A stretch of 64,000 bases of DNA from Lingula anatina (Eukaryota > Animalia > Brachiopoda), in contig CM120645.1 in the NCBI GenBank assembly GCA_051362555.1, positions 3,720,001 to 3,784,000 on the forward strand, written 5' to 3'. A program made the translations under genes and the position numbers. The notes below the pieces were generated by a model. That model was not told the origin of the DNA. It saw only the letters and a program-made list of their open reading frames with translations, and did no database searches. Positions 11,314 to 24,688 of the stretch are shown in pieces (position 1 is the first letter of the stretch; each line of letters opens with the position of its first letter).

Positions 11314-13082
11314 GTACACTAGCTGAACCAGAAGATCATAAAGTTACCTCCTGAGTACATATCACCAGCAAGTTTTGTGAGTCATGTTACAGCAGAGTGA
11401 CAGCAACCAGTAAACAGGTGAGGCAAAAAGATCTGAATGTTTTTTTTCATTATCTAATTTTATGATTTGATATTTCTAAGGTGAGTGTATAATGCTACGG
11501 CAACTTCCCACCTTTATTTATAATGTAACTAATATTTAACCTTTTATGAGAATAAAGATGTTTAAAAAATTTGTAGGAAAAATATTATAGAATACTTTAA
11601 GTTTTTCTGTCTGCAGCAGTAATAAAATACCACTAGCTGAACCAGATGTCCATATAGAGGCACCTCCTTTAATATCTACAGTACAGCTTGCTTCTTACAT
11701 TTGTGTTAATTTTGTCCTAAATTTATTTCTCTTACATGTAAATTTCTTCCTGGCAAAGTTAAATACAATGTCAATGGATCTTGTTTATTTACAGGCAGTT
11801 GGTTTGAGGATGTTTTATAATATTTTGTGTATAATTTCCTGTTTAAACCACCATCTATGTGGTTTTAAGCATTAAACAATTATCTGCTTTAAAAACATCC
11901 TAACTGGTCATGAGCTAGCTAGTAGAACAGCTGAAGTGGAGCATATTAAAAGAGGCTAACCAATAAAACTGATATCCATACTTGATCAAACATTTGCTAT
12001 ATTATCATGCTAAACTTGCTATTGCTCAGCTTATTTTTATCACCTACTTTCTGCTGATTTTTGTTACTAATTTTTTGAGACAGAATACATGGCTTTCAAC
12101 AAGACAAGTGTTTTTTTCTTTTTCCAGAGAGCATTATAATCTGCAGTATATAAACCTTCCTGTATGCTTGTCCAGATGCACATCATACCATCCAAAACTA
12201 AAAACTTTGAGTCAGAAGGTATATAAATGTTATAATTATATTAAAACTTATTTTTATACTGAGTACAATGCTCTTTTAATGCCATAATTCAATTTTAATC
12301 AAATTTTTAAACTCAAAAATTACTTCGTATGTATACCATTACAGTATAAAACAATATTAGAATAGTTTTGTGCAAGATAGAGAAACATAGTACCTGCTTT
12401 TTCTGTTAATTTTTACTTACAGGTAAAGACATAAAACTCTTTTTTTTTTTAATCTGCTCATTTTTTTTCAGAAAACCTGTACACTTGTCCATATCCACAT
12501 TACATCCCATGAGGTAAAGAATTATTGCCTAATACACAAATATTTCACTTTCACGTTACACAAAAGTAATAGTAAAAATGCACCAAAAAAAATGGATGTT
12601 ATTATTCGCATCCTGTACCAAATGAAGAGTAGCTCCCACACCAAAACATCTATATTTAAGATATTTACAAGATATTTTCAGTTTGCCACTGTCTACAGTA
12701 GCAGCAGTACTTTACAACTACATGTTGTTGGAGGGCCACAGGAAATAATTAAATGTAATTTTTGACAGTAAATCCACATATCAAAGTACTTAATATAACT
12801 GTGTGGGACAAAAGAACTTAGAAGTACCTGCTGTCTTTTCTTACCAATTTATCATTTTGTAATTTCAGATTACAAGAGTGTTCAAGGACCAAAAATATGG
12901 TTTTAGGATCTAGTAAATAATTTTCTTTAGTTGCCTTCCTTTAAAAGCAAATGTTTGTTAGGGGAAAGGTGGAATCCTGTTTTAAGTTGGTGACAAACAT
13001 AACTACCCACTCAAACAGTACTACCTATGAACATAAACATATAGAGCAGTGACACCTCTTCCTACTGTTCCATTCCTGAGAC
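11314..13082 (+). other. Predicted multi-exon 5' UTR of ROCO copy 2 (exons ending 11417; 12128-12218; 12472-12513; final acceptor at 12868)
   Basis: AG/GT splice motifs with polypyrimidine tracts at equivalent positions upstream of copies 3, 4 and 5. Confidence 0.5.
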
Positions 13083-16000
13083 ATGGATTCCAGACAAGTA
13101 GCACAAAAGGAGAGACTTGATCTCTTACATAGTCTACAGTTGTCTCCGCAGTCCAAGACACCAGACACTGTGCTGGAATGGACTGAGCTTGATATAAGCC
13201 ATGCTGACATAGACAACCTACCAGAGTCCATTGACAGGTGTAGAAATGTTACGAGGATATATGCAATGAAGAACAGGTTATCTTCTTTACCACAGTCCAT
13301 ATCCAACCTCCCACACCTCACAGTGTTGGATCTCCATAACAATGCTTTCACTACATTCCCTATAGCACTGTGTGACTTGACTGACCTAGAAGAGCTGCAC
13401 CTGTCAAAAAACCAGCTATCTGACATACCAGTGGATATCAACAAGTTGAAGGTGCTCAAAATATGCCAGCTCAGTAACAATGCCTTCACTACATTCCCCA
13501 TAGCACTGTGTGGCTTGACTAACCTAGAGGAGCTGTTTCTGGGTGACAACCAGCTATCTGACATACCAGTGGATATCACCAGGTTGAAGGTGCTCAGAAT
13601 ATTCTGGCTCTCTAACAATGCCTTCACTACATTCCCCATAGCACTGTGTGACTTGACTGACCTAAAAGTGCTGAACCTGTCAAATAACAAGCTATCTGAC
13701 ATACCAGTGGATATCACCAGGTTGAATATGCTGAAAATATTTCAGCTCAGTAACAATGAATTCACTACATTCCCTATAGCACTGTGTGGTTTGACTAACC
13801 TAGAGGAGCTGGGTCTGGGTGACAACCAGCTATCTGACATACCAGTGGATATCACAAAGTTGAAGTTGCTCAGAATATTCAAGCTCCATAACAATGCCTT
13901 CACTACATTCCCCATAGCACTGTGTGGCTTGACTAACCTAGAGGAGCTGTATCTGGGTGACAACCAGCTATCTGATATACCAGTGGAAATCACCAGGTTG
14001 AAGGTGCTCAGAATATTCAAGCTCTACAACAATATGAATGCCTTCACTACATTCCCCATAGCACTGTGTGGCTTGACTAACCTAGAGGAGCTGCATCTGG
14101 GTGACAACTTGATATCTGATATACCAGAGGATATCACCAGGTTGAAGGTGCTCAGAATATTCAAGCTCCATAACAATGCCTTCACTACATTCCCCATAGC
14201 ACTGTGTGGCTTGACTAACCTAGAGGAGCTGTATCTGGGTGACAACCAGCTATCTGATATACCAGTGGATATCACCAGGTTGAAGGTGCTCAGAATATTC
14301 AAGCTCCATAACAATGCCTTCACTACATTCCCCACAGCACTGTGTGGTTTGACTAACTTAGAGGAGCTGCTCCTGTCAGAAAACCAGCTATCTGACATAC
14401 CAGTGGATATCACCAGGTTGAAGGTGCTCAGAATATTCTTGCTCAAAAGCAATGCCTTCACTACATTCCCCACAGCACTGTGTGACTTGACTGACCTAAA
14501 AGTGCTGAACCTGTCAAATAACCAGCTATCTGACATACCAGTGGATATCACCAGGTTGACAAAACTTGAAACACTTAACCTTCAAGGTAATAACATCACT
14601 CACCTGCCACATCAAATTAAGAATATGGAAAGTCTTAGACAACTAAATGTGAATGGCAATACTCTGGTACAACCACCTAAAGATACTGCCAACAGGGGAC
14701 TAGGTGCCATCAAGAGGTATTTTGAGGCATTAACTGACACCAAGGCAATCCAGTCAAGTAGAATACAGGTCAACTTACTTGGTGAAACAGAAGCAGGAAA
14801 AACTAGCATTTCACGCACACTGCAAAATGGAGAGTCTACCCTTACAAAGAAGGCAGACAGGACAAGAGTGGTGGAGCAGGGATTATGGGAGGCTCATGAA
14901 GATGAGACTGAGGTGAATATTGGCTTCAACATCAATGACTTTGGTGGACATGACATCTACAAAATAGGACATCCCATTTTTATTAACAAATGTGGCTTGG
15001 TTTTCATCACTTTTGATCTGTCTAAATATGACCCAGAAGACAAGGCTCATTACCAGCTCTACATTGGACACTGGATTGACAAGGTGCAAGCACAGATGCC
15101 AGAAATACAAATAGCTCTAATTGGAACTCATCTTGATGAGGTAGAAATCCAACATGTAGAAAACAAGTGTTCTGCGATAAACAAGCAGCATGAAGACCAC
15201 ATAAACAAAAAGAAGCAGTGGTATCTAGAGCAAAAGGAGAGCATTGAGAAGAGAATAAGAGAAACACCTGAAACCCAAGCATCTCTCCAACAGGCCTATC
15301 AAAGCAAATCAGATAAACTGCAGACCTTGTATGATCAAATGAAACCCATCCACAAGGATATTTTCAGAGTCAGTTCAAAAACCTGTGAAGGAATTAAAGA
15401 TCTGCGAGACTACCTCATTTCTTCTGCCAGGAGAAATGCTGAAGTTTTGCCAGGTATGTGGGTGGAAGCAGCCAAGAATATATGCACCAAGAAAATTGAA
15501 GGCTCTGAAAACACACTTGACTGGGAGATGATTGAAGACCTCATTCTGCAGAATGCACCTACATCTTGGAAAGAGAAGAATTCAAAGGAAGAAACAGAAA
15601 AAATGATATGTGACATCTTAAGTTTTCTTGCTCATCGTGGAGACATCATTTGGTTTGATAGATGTCCCTCACTGATGAAAGTAGTTTTCCATAAGCAAGA
15701 GGTTCTAGTTAATGTTCTCAAGGCAGTCCTGAGTCATGATCAAGAGGCCGTATCAGAGAAGCTACAGAAATCCATGAAGATTACTAAAACCAAAGCAAAT
15801 GCCATGCATGGAGACATTTTCACCAGAGGGATCATATCCAAAGAGGCTATGGGCTGCCTGTGTGAGCCTTTCAAATTATCAAGTACTGAAGTCAATGTCA
15901 TGATAGAAATGATGCAGAAACTGGAGCTGTGCTATCAAGTCCAGGAAGATGAATCCCTCCCATCCAATACCTCATACCACTTTCCATGGCTCCTCACTGA

Positions 16001-17310
16001 AGAAAGGCAACCTGAGCTAGACACCAAATGGCCCAGCAAGGTGGCCCCAGACACCACACAACTTACCCTGCAGGTTCTCTTTCCATACAAATGTCCAGAT
16101 GGCTTATATGAGAAATTTTCTGTTCGTCAGCACAAGCATCTTGGACTTATGAAGACCATGCGAATGGACTGGAAGGATGGGGTGTATGCAGAACTTAAGG
16201 GATGTAAAATGCAGGTGACACGAGGCCTACACCAGCTAAATCCTGATGCAGTCAGCCAAGTCCCAGACTGGTTTATCAGCATTGCTGTCCGTGGATCACA
16301 TCTCTTAGACATGTGGGGTGTTTTCAGACAAGGTCACAATGACCTCATGAACATCATTAAAGAGGACTGGCCTGGGCTGTCATATGACAAATATCTGATG
16401 TGTCCCCACTGTGTGAATGAGGACAGTACACAGCCAACCCTCTTCCCTGGAGAGATACTTGACCTAACCCTGGGGACAGCTTCCAAACCAAGACAGGAGA
16501 CATGTGTCAACACTGGTGTCTCCATTCCTGCAGACCTGGTCTACCCACCACACCTGGTCATGAGCTGGCAGGAAGGTAAACACAGCAGTATAATGGCATT
16601 GTTTTCTTTATTTTGTTTCTCTTTGCTCAACAATTTTGTCAAACTGCCCTCACCTAAACATGACATCCAAAAAGCATACAAACAAGAAGGTTTTACATTC
16701 ATTTGTTTTCATTAAGCGCTGCATTTTAGCTATAAAAACATAACCCCAATGATTGTCTTCAGACACTTGGTACTGTATTTTTTAAAAACTGTTCATGTAT
16801 TATCTCCATGTGCTTAGTTAACATGTAAATAACTGTTCTTACAGCAGTACGGATTTTTTCTGTTAAATCTTTTCTATTCTTCTACACTTGCGTCTGCCCA
16901 TGTGTCAAATCCTTATTTTAATATTGAAATCATCCACTAAAATTCAATTTTTACATAATGACAACAGATATTTTATCTGTCATGAATACCATTAAAAAAT
17001 GGCTGTTTTATTGTTTTCAGTTCTGAATAAAGAAAAACCAAGCCTTTGTGAAAAAATCACAGAACCCTGTCTCCTGGACATGTTAAATGAGTTTCTCCAA
17101 GAAGGCATCATCACCCTTCGTGAAGCTGAAATGGTGAGAGCAGAGCCTCCTCAACACCATGACCAAACCTCAACTACCAGGGTGGTATGTCCAGAGAAAA
17201 CTGCTGTCTTCCTGGATATTTTAACCAGGAAACCTGTCAGGGCACATAATACTCTGTGCCGATGTCTTCAGGAACAAGGACAGACTGATCTTCTTAAAAT
17301 GATCCAGTAA
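13083..17310 (+). CDS. MFHAS1-like: ROCO protein copy 2: LRR(~22)-ROC-COR-CARD; predicted join(13083..16575,17021..17310), ~1260 aa; alternative last exon 20344..20627
   Basis: 1210-aa ORF with the same ROC motifs; donor GAAG|GTAAA after 16575; phase-1 acceptors at 17021 and 20344. Confidence 0.9.
17021..17310 (+). CDS. CARD exon type A (ROCO copy 2)
   Basis: VLNKEKPSLCEKITEPCLLDMLNEFLQEGII...EKTAVFLDILTRKPVRAHNTLCRCLQEQGQTDLLKMIQ*; acceptor ttttcag. Confidence 0.8.
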
Positions 17311-17334
17311 GGGGACTTTCCTAGACTGATAATC

Positions 17335-17445
17335 CAACTTTTCTAAGTATTTACAAAATGAAAGGGGACAAGGCATTTAATTTATTAATGGAATACCTCA
17401 AGTAATATGGACAAAGTGAGCTTGTTTACCTCTTTAAATATAGCA
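17335..17445 (+). pseudogene. Remnant of CARD C-terminal half
   Basis: TFLSIYKMKGDKAFNLLMEYLK*YGQSELVYLFK resembles the type-B CARD end and is followed by type-B 3'UTR-like sequence; paralog at ~46678-46786. Confidence 0.65.
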
Positions 17446-17712
17446 AATGCAGTTCAACTGACTGTATGGACTCACCACCTGCAGCAGTCATGTCATGTAG
17501 TTGTATTCTCAACTGTTCAGTAGTCTTGGATGTGCTTAAAAGATTTGACCATTCTGGCCTGCAATATCGTTTTGACAGTCAAAAAAATTCAAATAGTTAA
17601 TCATTTGAACTAAGAAACTAGCCATGTACCTACAATTCACCGGTTGACTGGATGCCTAATAATGCATCAGACCAAGAGCCATTTAATCTATCAGAAGAGA
17701 AACGAAAAGCAG

Positions 17713-17905
17713 CAAGCATTTGAAGGTTTGACCAATTTACTGCAGTTAGTTCTGAACAATAATGACATCAAGTCCATCCCTACCACCTCCTTCAGCGGCC
17801 TGCCGTCTTCCTTGACATACTCAAAACCAGAGGAGATAAGGCATTTGTTTTATTGAGGAAATGTCTCACTGAAAATGGACAAAGTGAGCTTGTTTCCCTT
17901 TTAAT
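17713..17905 (+). pseudogene. Foreign 'typical'-class LRR fragment fused out of frame to a second CARD C-terminal remnant
   Basis: QAFEGLTNLLQLVLNNNDIKSIPTTSFSGLP, then in another frame AVFLDILKTRGDKAFVLLRKCLTENGQSELVSLL; paralog at ~47062-47255. Confidence 0.65.
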
Positions 17906-18237
17906 ACCTGTGGCAGTCATGTCCTGTAGTTGATGTTCCCAATGTTTATTAATTCCTACTGTAGTGAAACACTTAGGCCTAATTGGCTGTATACATCTAG
18001 CTTTTTGAAAAGAAAAACAAACAATTAATCTTGACCAGATAGACTAAAGAACTGTAATTCCTGGCAGCTGCTTTACCCAGTGACCATCATCAATCCATAT
18101 AATCCATAAGTGAGAATGAGGACATGAGAGCTGATCATCATCAATCTAGAGACCACCTTACATGGAAATGATGGAGCAAGAATGGATGAAGAGTGAACAT
18201 TGGCAGGGATTATAATGATAGCTGTGGTATGCTACTT

Positions 18238-18405
18238 GGTGGGAAGAGGAGAATGGTTGGAAGAGGAGCTAGGTGGGAAGAGGAGCGTAGTGGGAAGAGG
18301 AGCCTGGTGGGACGAGGAGCATGGTGGGAAGAGAAACATGGTGGGAAGAGGAGCGTGGTGGGAAGAGGAGCATGGTGGGAAGAGGAGGGTGGTGGGAAGA
18401 GGAGT
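18238..18405. repeat. 17-bp purine-rich minisatellite (ggtgggaagaggagcnt), ~10 copies
   Basis: Visible direct repeats; about 5 copies in the paralog at 47596-47680. Confidence 0.85.
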
Positions 18406-19369
18406 AAGGTATGCAGTTGGCCACCTACAGGTTAGAACATGTTATATGATAGGCCAATATTGTTTTATTAGATGGTGATGTCTGTCTAGTTTTTTATCAG
18501 TAATGGAGGGGGAGGATGGACAGCAGAACATGTGATATGATAGGCCAATATTGTTTTATTAGATGTTGATGTCTGTCTAGTTCTGTATCAGAAATGGAGA
18601 GGGAGGGTGGAGGAATACCTTACACTGAGATGCTGCTTAACAAATGTGAAAAGTTATTCTTAATTAGGAATGCACTATGCTGCATTAGATTAAACCCCCT
18701 TATATGAACTTATAATACTACAACAACAGCTATAGGTCTTTATTGCCAGCCCAATATTTTAGTGTCACAGAGAAATGGGGCTTTAAGGATGGAAAACCTT
18801 TTCTTGTAAATTTGAGCACACAAAACAGCTGGTGAAGTTTGTTGCTGGATTCTTAATAAAATGTTATAACTTCTACAGGTAAGACCACTTTAGCCAGGGA
18901 CTTGATGTCATATAATCCATCAGATGAGGAATGGGAAAGCTGGAACTCCAACCAGTTCCTGGAGTATCAGGGACATGTGAAACCCAAGTTCCAGTCATAT
19001 CCTGCCTACGACAAGATGATGTGGAGGATGACAATTCAAAACAGTCAGTGCAGTGACATGTGACAAACACCAGCCAGCTGCAGAGTCAGGTTTGTACAGT
19101 TATATATTTAAAAATTTGTTACCCCTTTTTACATTTTCAGAATTGGTAAAAAGTTGTGAAGACAATTTAAGCAAAATGTATCTGGCATGTTACCTGCCTG
19201 AATAAAGACCATACAAACCTTAGGGTGAAAAACTATTAGTAAGGTATACTCTATGGTGAGCCAAAATTACAGACTGACACCAATTTTATATTATACATCA
19301 AACTATAGAAAAAATTACTTTCATGTTATCCAGTGGAGTTAAAACATATTTGTTCTCTTCTTTCCACAG

Positions 19370-19631
19370 AACACAGTATCAACAGTTTATCTCTGCTAAG
19401 CAGTGCATCAGACAGTACTCCTCCCAACACACAGAGCACCAGCAGCACTGGACTGAACTCTCTGGAAACCTTCAACCCTAATCCTAAACTAGCCAATCAC
19501 AACGGGGCCCAGGACAGGTCAACAAGCCCAGTGGCCATGTTTCACCATCTGCTGCAGTGGTTTAACATCAGCTCCGTGCCTCACACCAGATGAACAGCAG
19601 ATATAGTTATCACATACAACAGACAATCCAG
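19370..19631 (+). other. Exon-like Ser/Thr-rich segment between the two CARD exons (phase-1 acceptor; stop at 19593)
   Basis: tttccacag|AACACAGT...CAATCCAG|gtatt; paralog at 48650-48911; a second exon-like segment at 18879-19089. Confidence 0.4.
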
Positions 19632-20343
19632 GTATTAATTATTTGGATGACTTTCTCTAAGCCATTTCAATGGCTAATTGTCTTTGTTTATAGATGCATA
19701 ACATTTTTGAAAATGCTTTTGAAACAGTGGCAGTATTAATCGTTACATGTACTGCTTGAAATTAATAAAACAGGGCAAGGTCTGTATTAAGAAAAATAAT
19801 TTATTTTACTGGAAAAAAACACCCTGCATTTTAATTATTATTTGGTAATTTGGACTTTTTTGTACAGAACAATCTTATTCAATTAATGCTTGCCTGCTTG
19901 CCTCCTTGTCACAGTACTCATGTGTCCCCGGACATAATTCTCATACCACATCTCACACATTGTCAACACAATAAAGTAATGCGTTTAATTATTTGTTGAT
20001 TATTTTCAAAATGGTCACTTAACATTATGATAATGTGGGGTAGTAATCCTTCACTTTACAGTTGTCTTTGGTAGATGTTTAGACAAGTGATTTAGACAAA
20101 TAATACACATTGTATTAGCTGGGTGGGTCCAATTTTGCTGGGCGTTCTTGCTTAAGTGCAATCAGTGGAATCAGCTTAATCAGCAAATGACAGTTATTAC
20201 CCCCTAGACAAAGGTTTTGTTTTCATTTTAAGTGATGGAGTAATATAAGTAATCATTCACAACATACATTTGCTATTTATACATCTAAAAGGACTGGATG
20301 TAATTTTTAACATTCTGTAATGTGTGGACAACATTATTTTCAG

Positions 20344-20627
20344 TTCTGAATGAAGTAAAACCAAAGCTTTGTGAAAACATCACAGTTCCTGGTCTCCTGG
20401 ATATGTTGGATGTTTTCCTCCAAGAAGGCATTATCACTGACCCAGAATATGAATGGGTGAAGCCAGAGCTCCCTCAACACCAAACCTCTACTACCAGGGT
20501 GGTATGTCCAGAGAAAACTGCAGTATTCTTATATATTCTCAAAACTAAAGGGAACAATGTATTTGATTTATTAAGGGAATGCCACAGTAAAAATGGACAA
20601 AGTGAGGTTGCTACCCTCCTTAAATAG
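20344..20627 (+). CDS. CARD exon type B (alternative terminal exon of ROCO copy 2)
   Basis: Open 284-nt frame, same acceptor and phase as 3585..3868. Confidence 0.7.
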
Positions 20628-21245
20628 AATAAGTGACCAAGAGAACTGACTCTATGGACTCACTCAGACTATGTGACTATGTGACATTTATTCAGTCAAT
20701 CACTTTGGCCACACTGATTTAAAATATCTCAGTCTAAATGGGAAATCTTTTTCACAAACAGTAATAGACTATCAGATTGTTCAAAACGCCAATTGTTGTA
20801 TAATTAAAGTATAGCAAAAATGTACACATGTAAATACACAGGTATAACCAAAGAACAGTCAAGTAGAATATATTGCATTAAAATAAATGTGCTTTTTATT
20901 GGAATTTATTTAGATAAATTAAGATTGTTGATGTAAATAATCACTGAGTCAAATCATTACTATGCCAGTGGCAGTACAATGTGGTAGTATTAAACAGAAT
21001 TTCATTGAATTAATAAATTATTTCTGAGACATTAAAATTTTAGGATTAAGTATCTTTTTAGTCCACCCAATACACCAACCACAAATGTTATGTGTAGTAT
21101 AACAATAAAACATAATAGTTTGCCTGCAGCAGTAGCTCATAGAGCAGGGTGACCAAACAAACCCAATGATTCACCTACCACAAAAGACTTAAGTGATTTC
21201 TCCTTAATTTTCCCTCATTTCAGTCAAGGTAGTTGTGGAAGCTGG

Positions 21246-22104
21246 CTATCCTCCGTTTCTCTCCTCCAGATAACACATCCTTCCAGTCACTCTCAGCTCC
21301 ACAGCCTGGAACACAACAACTCTTAATGGATAATGAATTAAAATTAATATATATTTTTTAAATTTTCAAATACATTTTGAATATTTCAGACAAAGTGTGA
21401 TATAACTAGTCTTAATGAAATAAAGTAATAAAGTGGTTTTAGATTATAAATGATTTAGATTTGCAGATATCATCCCTTAACATAATTTTGAAATGAGATA
21501 TCCACTAGCGAAGGAGACGGGGATTTGACTTTACTTAACTCTAAACTCCCAAGCCAATAAAATTAAAACAAGATATAGTTATTATAATTAAATGGAAACA
21601 TATCAGATGACATGATTAATTAGGATTAAGATGCGTTACTCCTGTGATGAACATAGATAATGTATATACATATGAAAATAGAAACTGTATCAATCAAAAA
21701 CTTTACATATTTTCTGCAGATATCTTAGTACCCTCTTCTCTCTGTATAATATGTTGCAGGTTTACACATCTGAATATATCTTTGAGTGGTGTTTTGGGTG
21801 GTGGTTTGAGTAGGCGACCATTATACACAGCCACAGACCACTTAGAATACAGAACAGGGAGCTCTTACCACAGCCATTACAGCCTGTTACATGTATCAGC
21901 AGGTGCATGTTGTGGTCCATCTGGAAATATCATGCTGAATATGAAAGCAACCTGCCTCTTTACCAAACAAAGCCACTCAGTAAATTTAAGTAAAACAAAA
22001 ATACAGTATGGCAGTTCTGAGCCCGGGGCGACTTTTAGAACAGCTAGGGAGCTCTTACCAAAGCCATTGGAGCCTGTCATTAGCAGGTCCATGTTGTGGT
22101 CCAT
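21246..22104 (-). pseudogene. ABCD2: ABCD1/2-like exon 8 (partial, 21246-21305), fused exon 6/7 (~21731-21920) and a duplicated exon-6 start (~22046-22104)
   Basis: [10 protein letters not shown]; degenerate Walker A (NGCGKSS / TGSNGFGKSS); KPPP and NLQHIIQREEG, with frameshifts. Confidence 0.75.
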
Positions 22105-24542
22105 CTGGAAATATGCTGATTTCTGCAACCTGTCTCTTTACCAAAAAAGCCACTCGGAAAATTAAAAGTTTGTCAGTTCTGGGGTGAACTTCATGTGTCG
22201 GACAGTGACAGGATGGTGACAACACAGACAGACAGAAAAATCAGAATATATAGAGAAACTTACAGTGACTGTATATAAAACCAGCATAACTTTGAAAAAA
22301 TGCCCCAATCAGGCTGATTTTCAAATTCTACCTGTATTTTATTATCAATTATCAGTTCCATAAGTTTGAAGAAAAAAAGACAAATGTTTTTTCACTTACT
22401 GTGTTTTCACTGAAAGTGCATGGCAATGGCATCAGTGACAACAGATGCAGATTACGGCTATATTGACAGACACATCTGTCTCTGCATAAAAAGTGTTGCT
22501 TTCCGAAGTATTAAAAAACAGTTCATTTAAAAAAGAAGCATTTTTTGGTTTTGCTTCATCCAGAACTGAAAATAATGTTGTCCACACATTACAGAATGTG
22601 CAATCAACTTAACTGTATGACATGGCATTAAGTATAAAACAGAAAAGCTGGTGGTTATAAGATTAGTTGCAACAAGAGGTGGCGTTCCCTGTTCAGGCGT
22701 AGCCAACTGCACTCAGCCAGAGTTCCCCCCTCCCACAGTTGGGTTGATTTTTGTAGACCAGTTGTGTCTATGGGAATGGAGCTTTAGAAACAGTCTATTT
22801 TTAATCTTCAGTATGAGTTAAGATACATTATACTTATTCTGTGACACATATTCAAGACTGCAGTAGAACGTGTTAAAAAGATAGTTTTCAATTTCGACCA
22901 ATTTATTGTCCTTGTTTCAGGCTGTTAGACATGGTTTCCAGTTGGTGTGTGTAAAAGAACCTTGATATAGAAGACCTAGATTATGCTCTCAAATGAATGT
23001 ACTCTTGCTTTCTTCTACAGCTCTCAGGCTCAACAGTTTTATCAGAAACAAGTTTTTTTCCTCTGTGCATGAACAAGTGTGCGCGTGTGCATGCACGTGG
23101 GTTCAACTACCATCCCAACCATGTCAAAGTAAAGAGGGTTGCAATCAACTGACTGTCTTTTGAAGTTGCCCATATAAATGTCAAAATTCCTAATATACTA
23201 TAATTATAGTATCACAACAGGTAAAAACAAATGACAGATAAATGTGCAGTGCTCAATATAATCCATTTCATGTAGTTAAAATACTGGTATGTTAATAAGC
23301 TAACTAATACTGATGGAACACTTAGACAATGGCAGGAGATTATAGATTATTCATTGAGATCTAGGGAGAAATTATATTACATCTGAACCACATTTTATTT
23401 ATCTATTTTTTTATGTGCATGTGTATAAGTATGCCTTCTGTGAAGAAGATGTTTTAAATGCCTTCTAACTTATACTCTGACTACAATGCTTTGTTATATA
23501 TTATGAAAATTCTGACTTTATTTCTGAAAACTAGTTTTAAAAATGTTTATCAAATATTAAAGAATTAAACTTATTCCACAGATTTATTTTTATAATACTG
23601 GTGCTCTCCTTGAATGAACAAAGTAAAAATTGAAAATGAAAATCAAATTTTATACTATAATATATATGATATCATACATGTATCACAATTCTATCAAAAA
23701 GACATAATTTAAATATAAATAATAATCATTAGTTTCAGGAGCATAAAGAATTGTTATATAAATACAGTTTATCATGAAAACTAGACAAAATAAATAAAAT
23801 GGTTTTATCCAGGAGTTGAACTTCTAGCTACTGTATACATTTGAAACACCCAATCAGAAATTCCTCATCCATTTAAAAGTTGACAGGTAAAAATATTGGA
23901 AATAAAAACAGCCTTACTTCAGAATAATCTTGTTCAAGATTTGTCATTTCATATCAACTATTACCAGAAAACTAAAGTATGACATGATAAAAAGCAGAAA
24001 AATTACAATTTTCTATAGCAGATTAAGGATCTGAAAACTTTTGGAGTTTTTATCTGTGCAGACTGCGTGGAACATCAAAAGGTATCACTTATTTTCATTT
24101 CTAAACAAAGAAAACATGTACAATAGTATTCACATCAATAGATACACTTTAACTATTACATTCATAAGTTATATTTCAATAGTTGAGGTTGTAACCAGAT
24201 TATAACACAACACTAGGTTAGTTCTTTTGTTATACATCATTGATTTTTGGAACAACAATTTCTCCACAAGTACACTACAACATACAGTTTTTTTTTAACA
24301 TTCTCTGCATTATGTATTTGGACATCTTTGGCACCTAATAATTAACAATTACACACAGGATTATACATCTCTTCCTACCATTTTTATACACTTATATCAT
24401 ATATATCATGTGCTATGAATAATTGGTAAGGATGCTCTTCTTGTTCAACTCTAGAGAACAATTCCTTGTCATCCCTTTCACACCTCTCCCTCTCCATCTC
24501 TTTTCGATCTCTAGCTTACACCAAAAAGGAAACAAAAGCAGA

Positions 24543-24576
<34 letters not shown>

Positions 24577-24688
24577 AGCTGACCATGGTGCATTATCAAC
24601 AGTGTCCCGTAAGAGCCCTGACCCCTTGGGTTGAATATACTGACCATAGTCAAGCTCAGTCCTAATATGCACAGTCAACAGTGTCCAA

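Noticed and set aside
12543-12552. IRF-like (TTTCACTTTC) and kB-like (GGGAATTTCA, ~10848) motifs upstream of ROCO2
   Set aside because: Short, not conserved in the other units, and expected by chance in AT-rich DNA.
13320-14560. Constant-repeat / variable-spacer pattern resembling a CRISPR array or DGR target
   Set aside because: It is in-frame LRR coding sequence in a eukaryotic gene; there are no cas genes, no RT with a template repeat, and the changes do not appear restricted to adenines.
18193-18478. Gly/Arg/Trp-rich ORFs here and His/Thr-rich ORFs at 62956-63442
   Set aside because: Translations of minisatellites.
21644-22165. 173-aa plus-strand ORF (duplicate at 50908-51429)
   Set aside because: Antisense to ABCD remnants, no recognisable domain, and conserved only because of the recent duplication.
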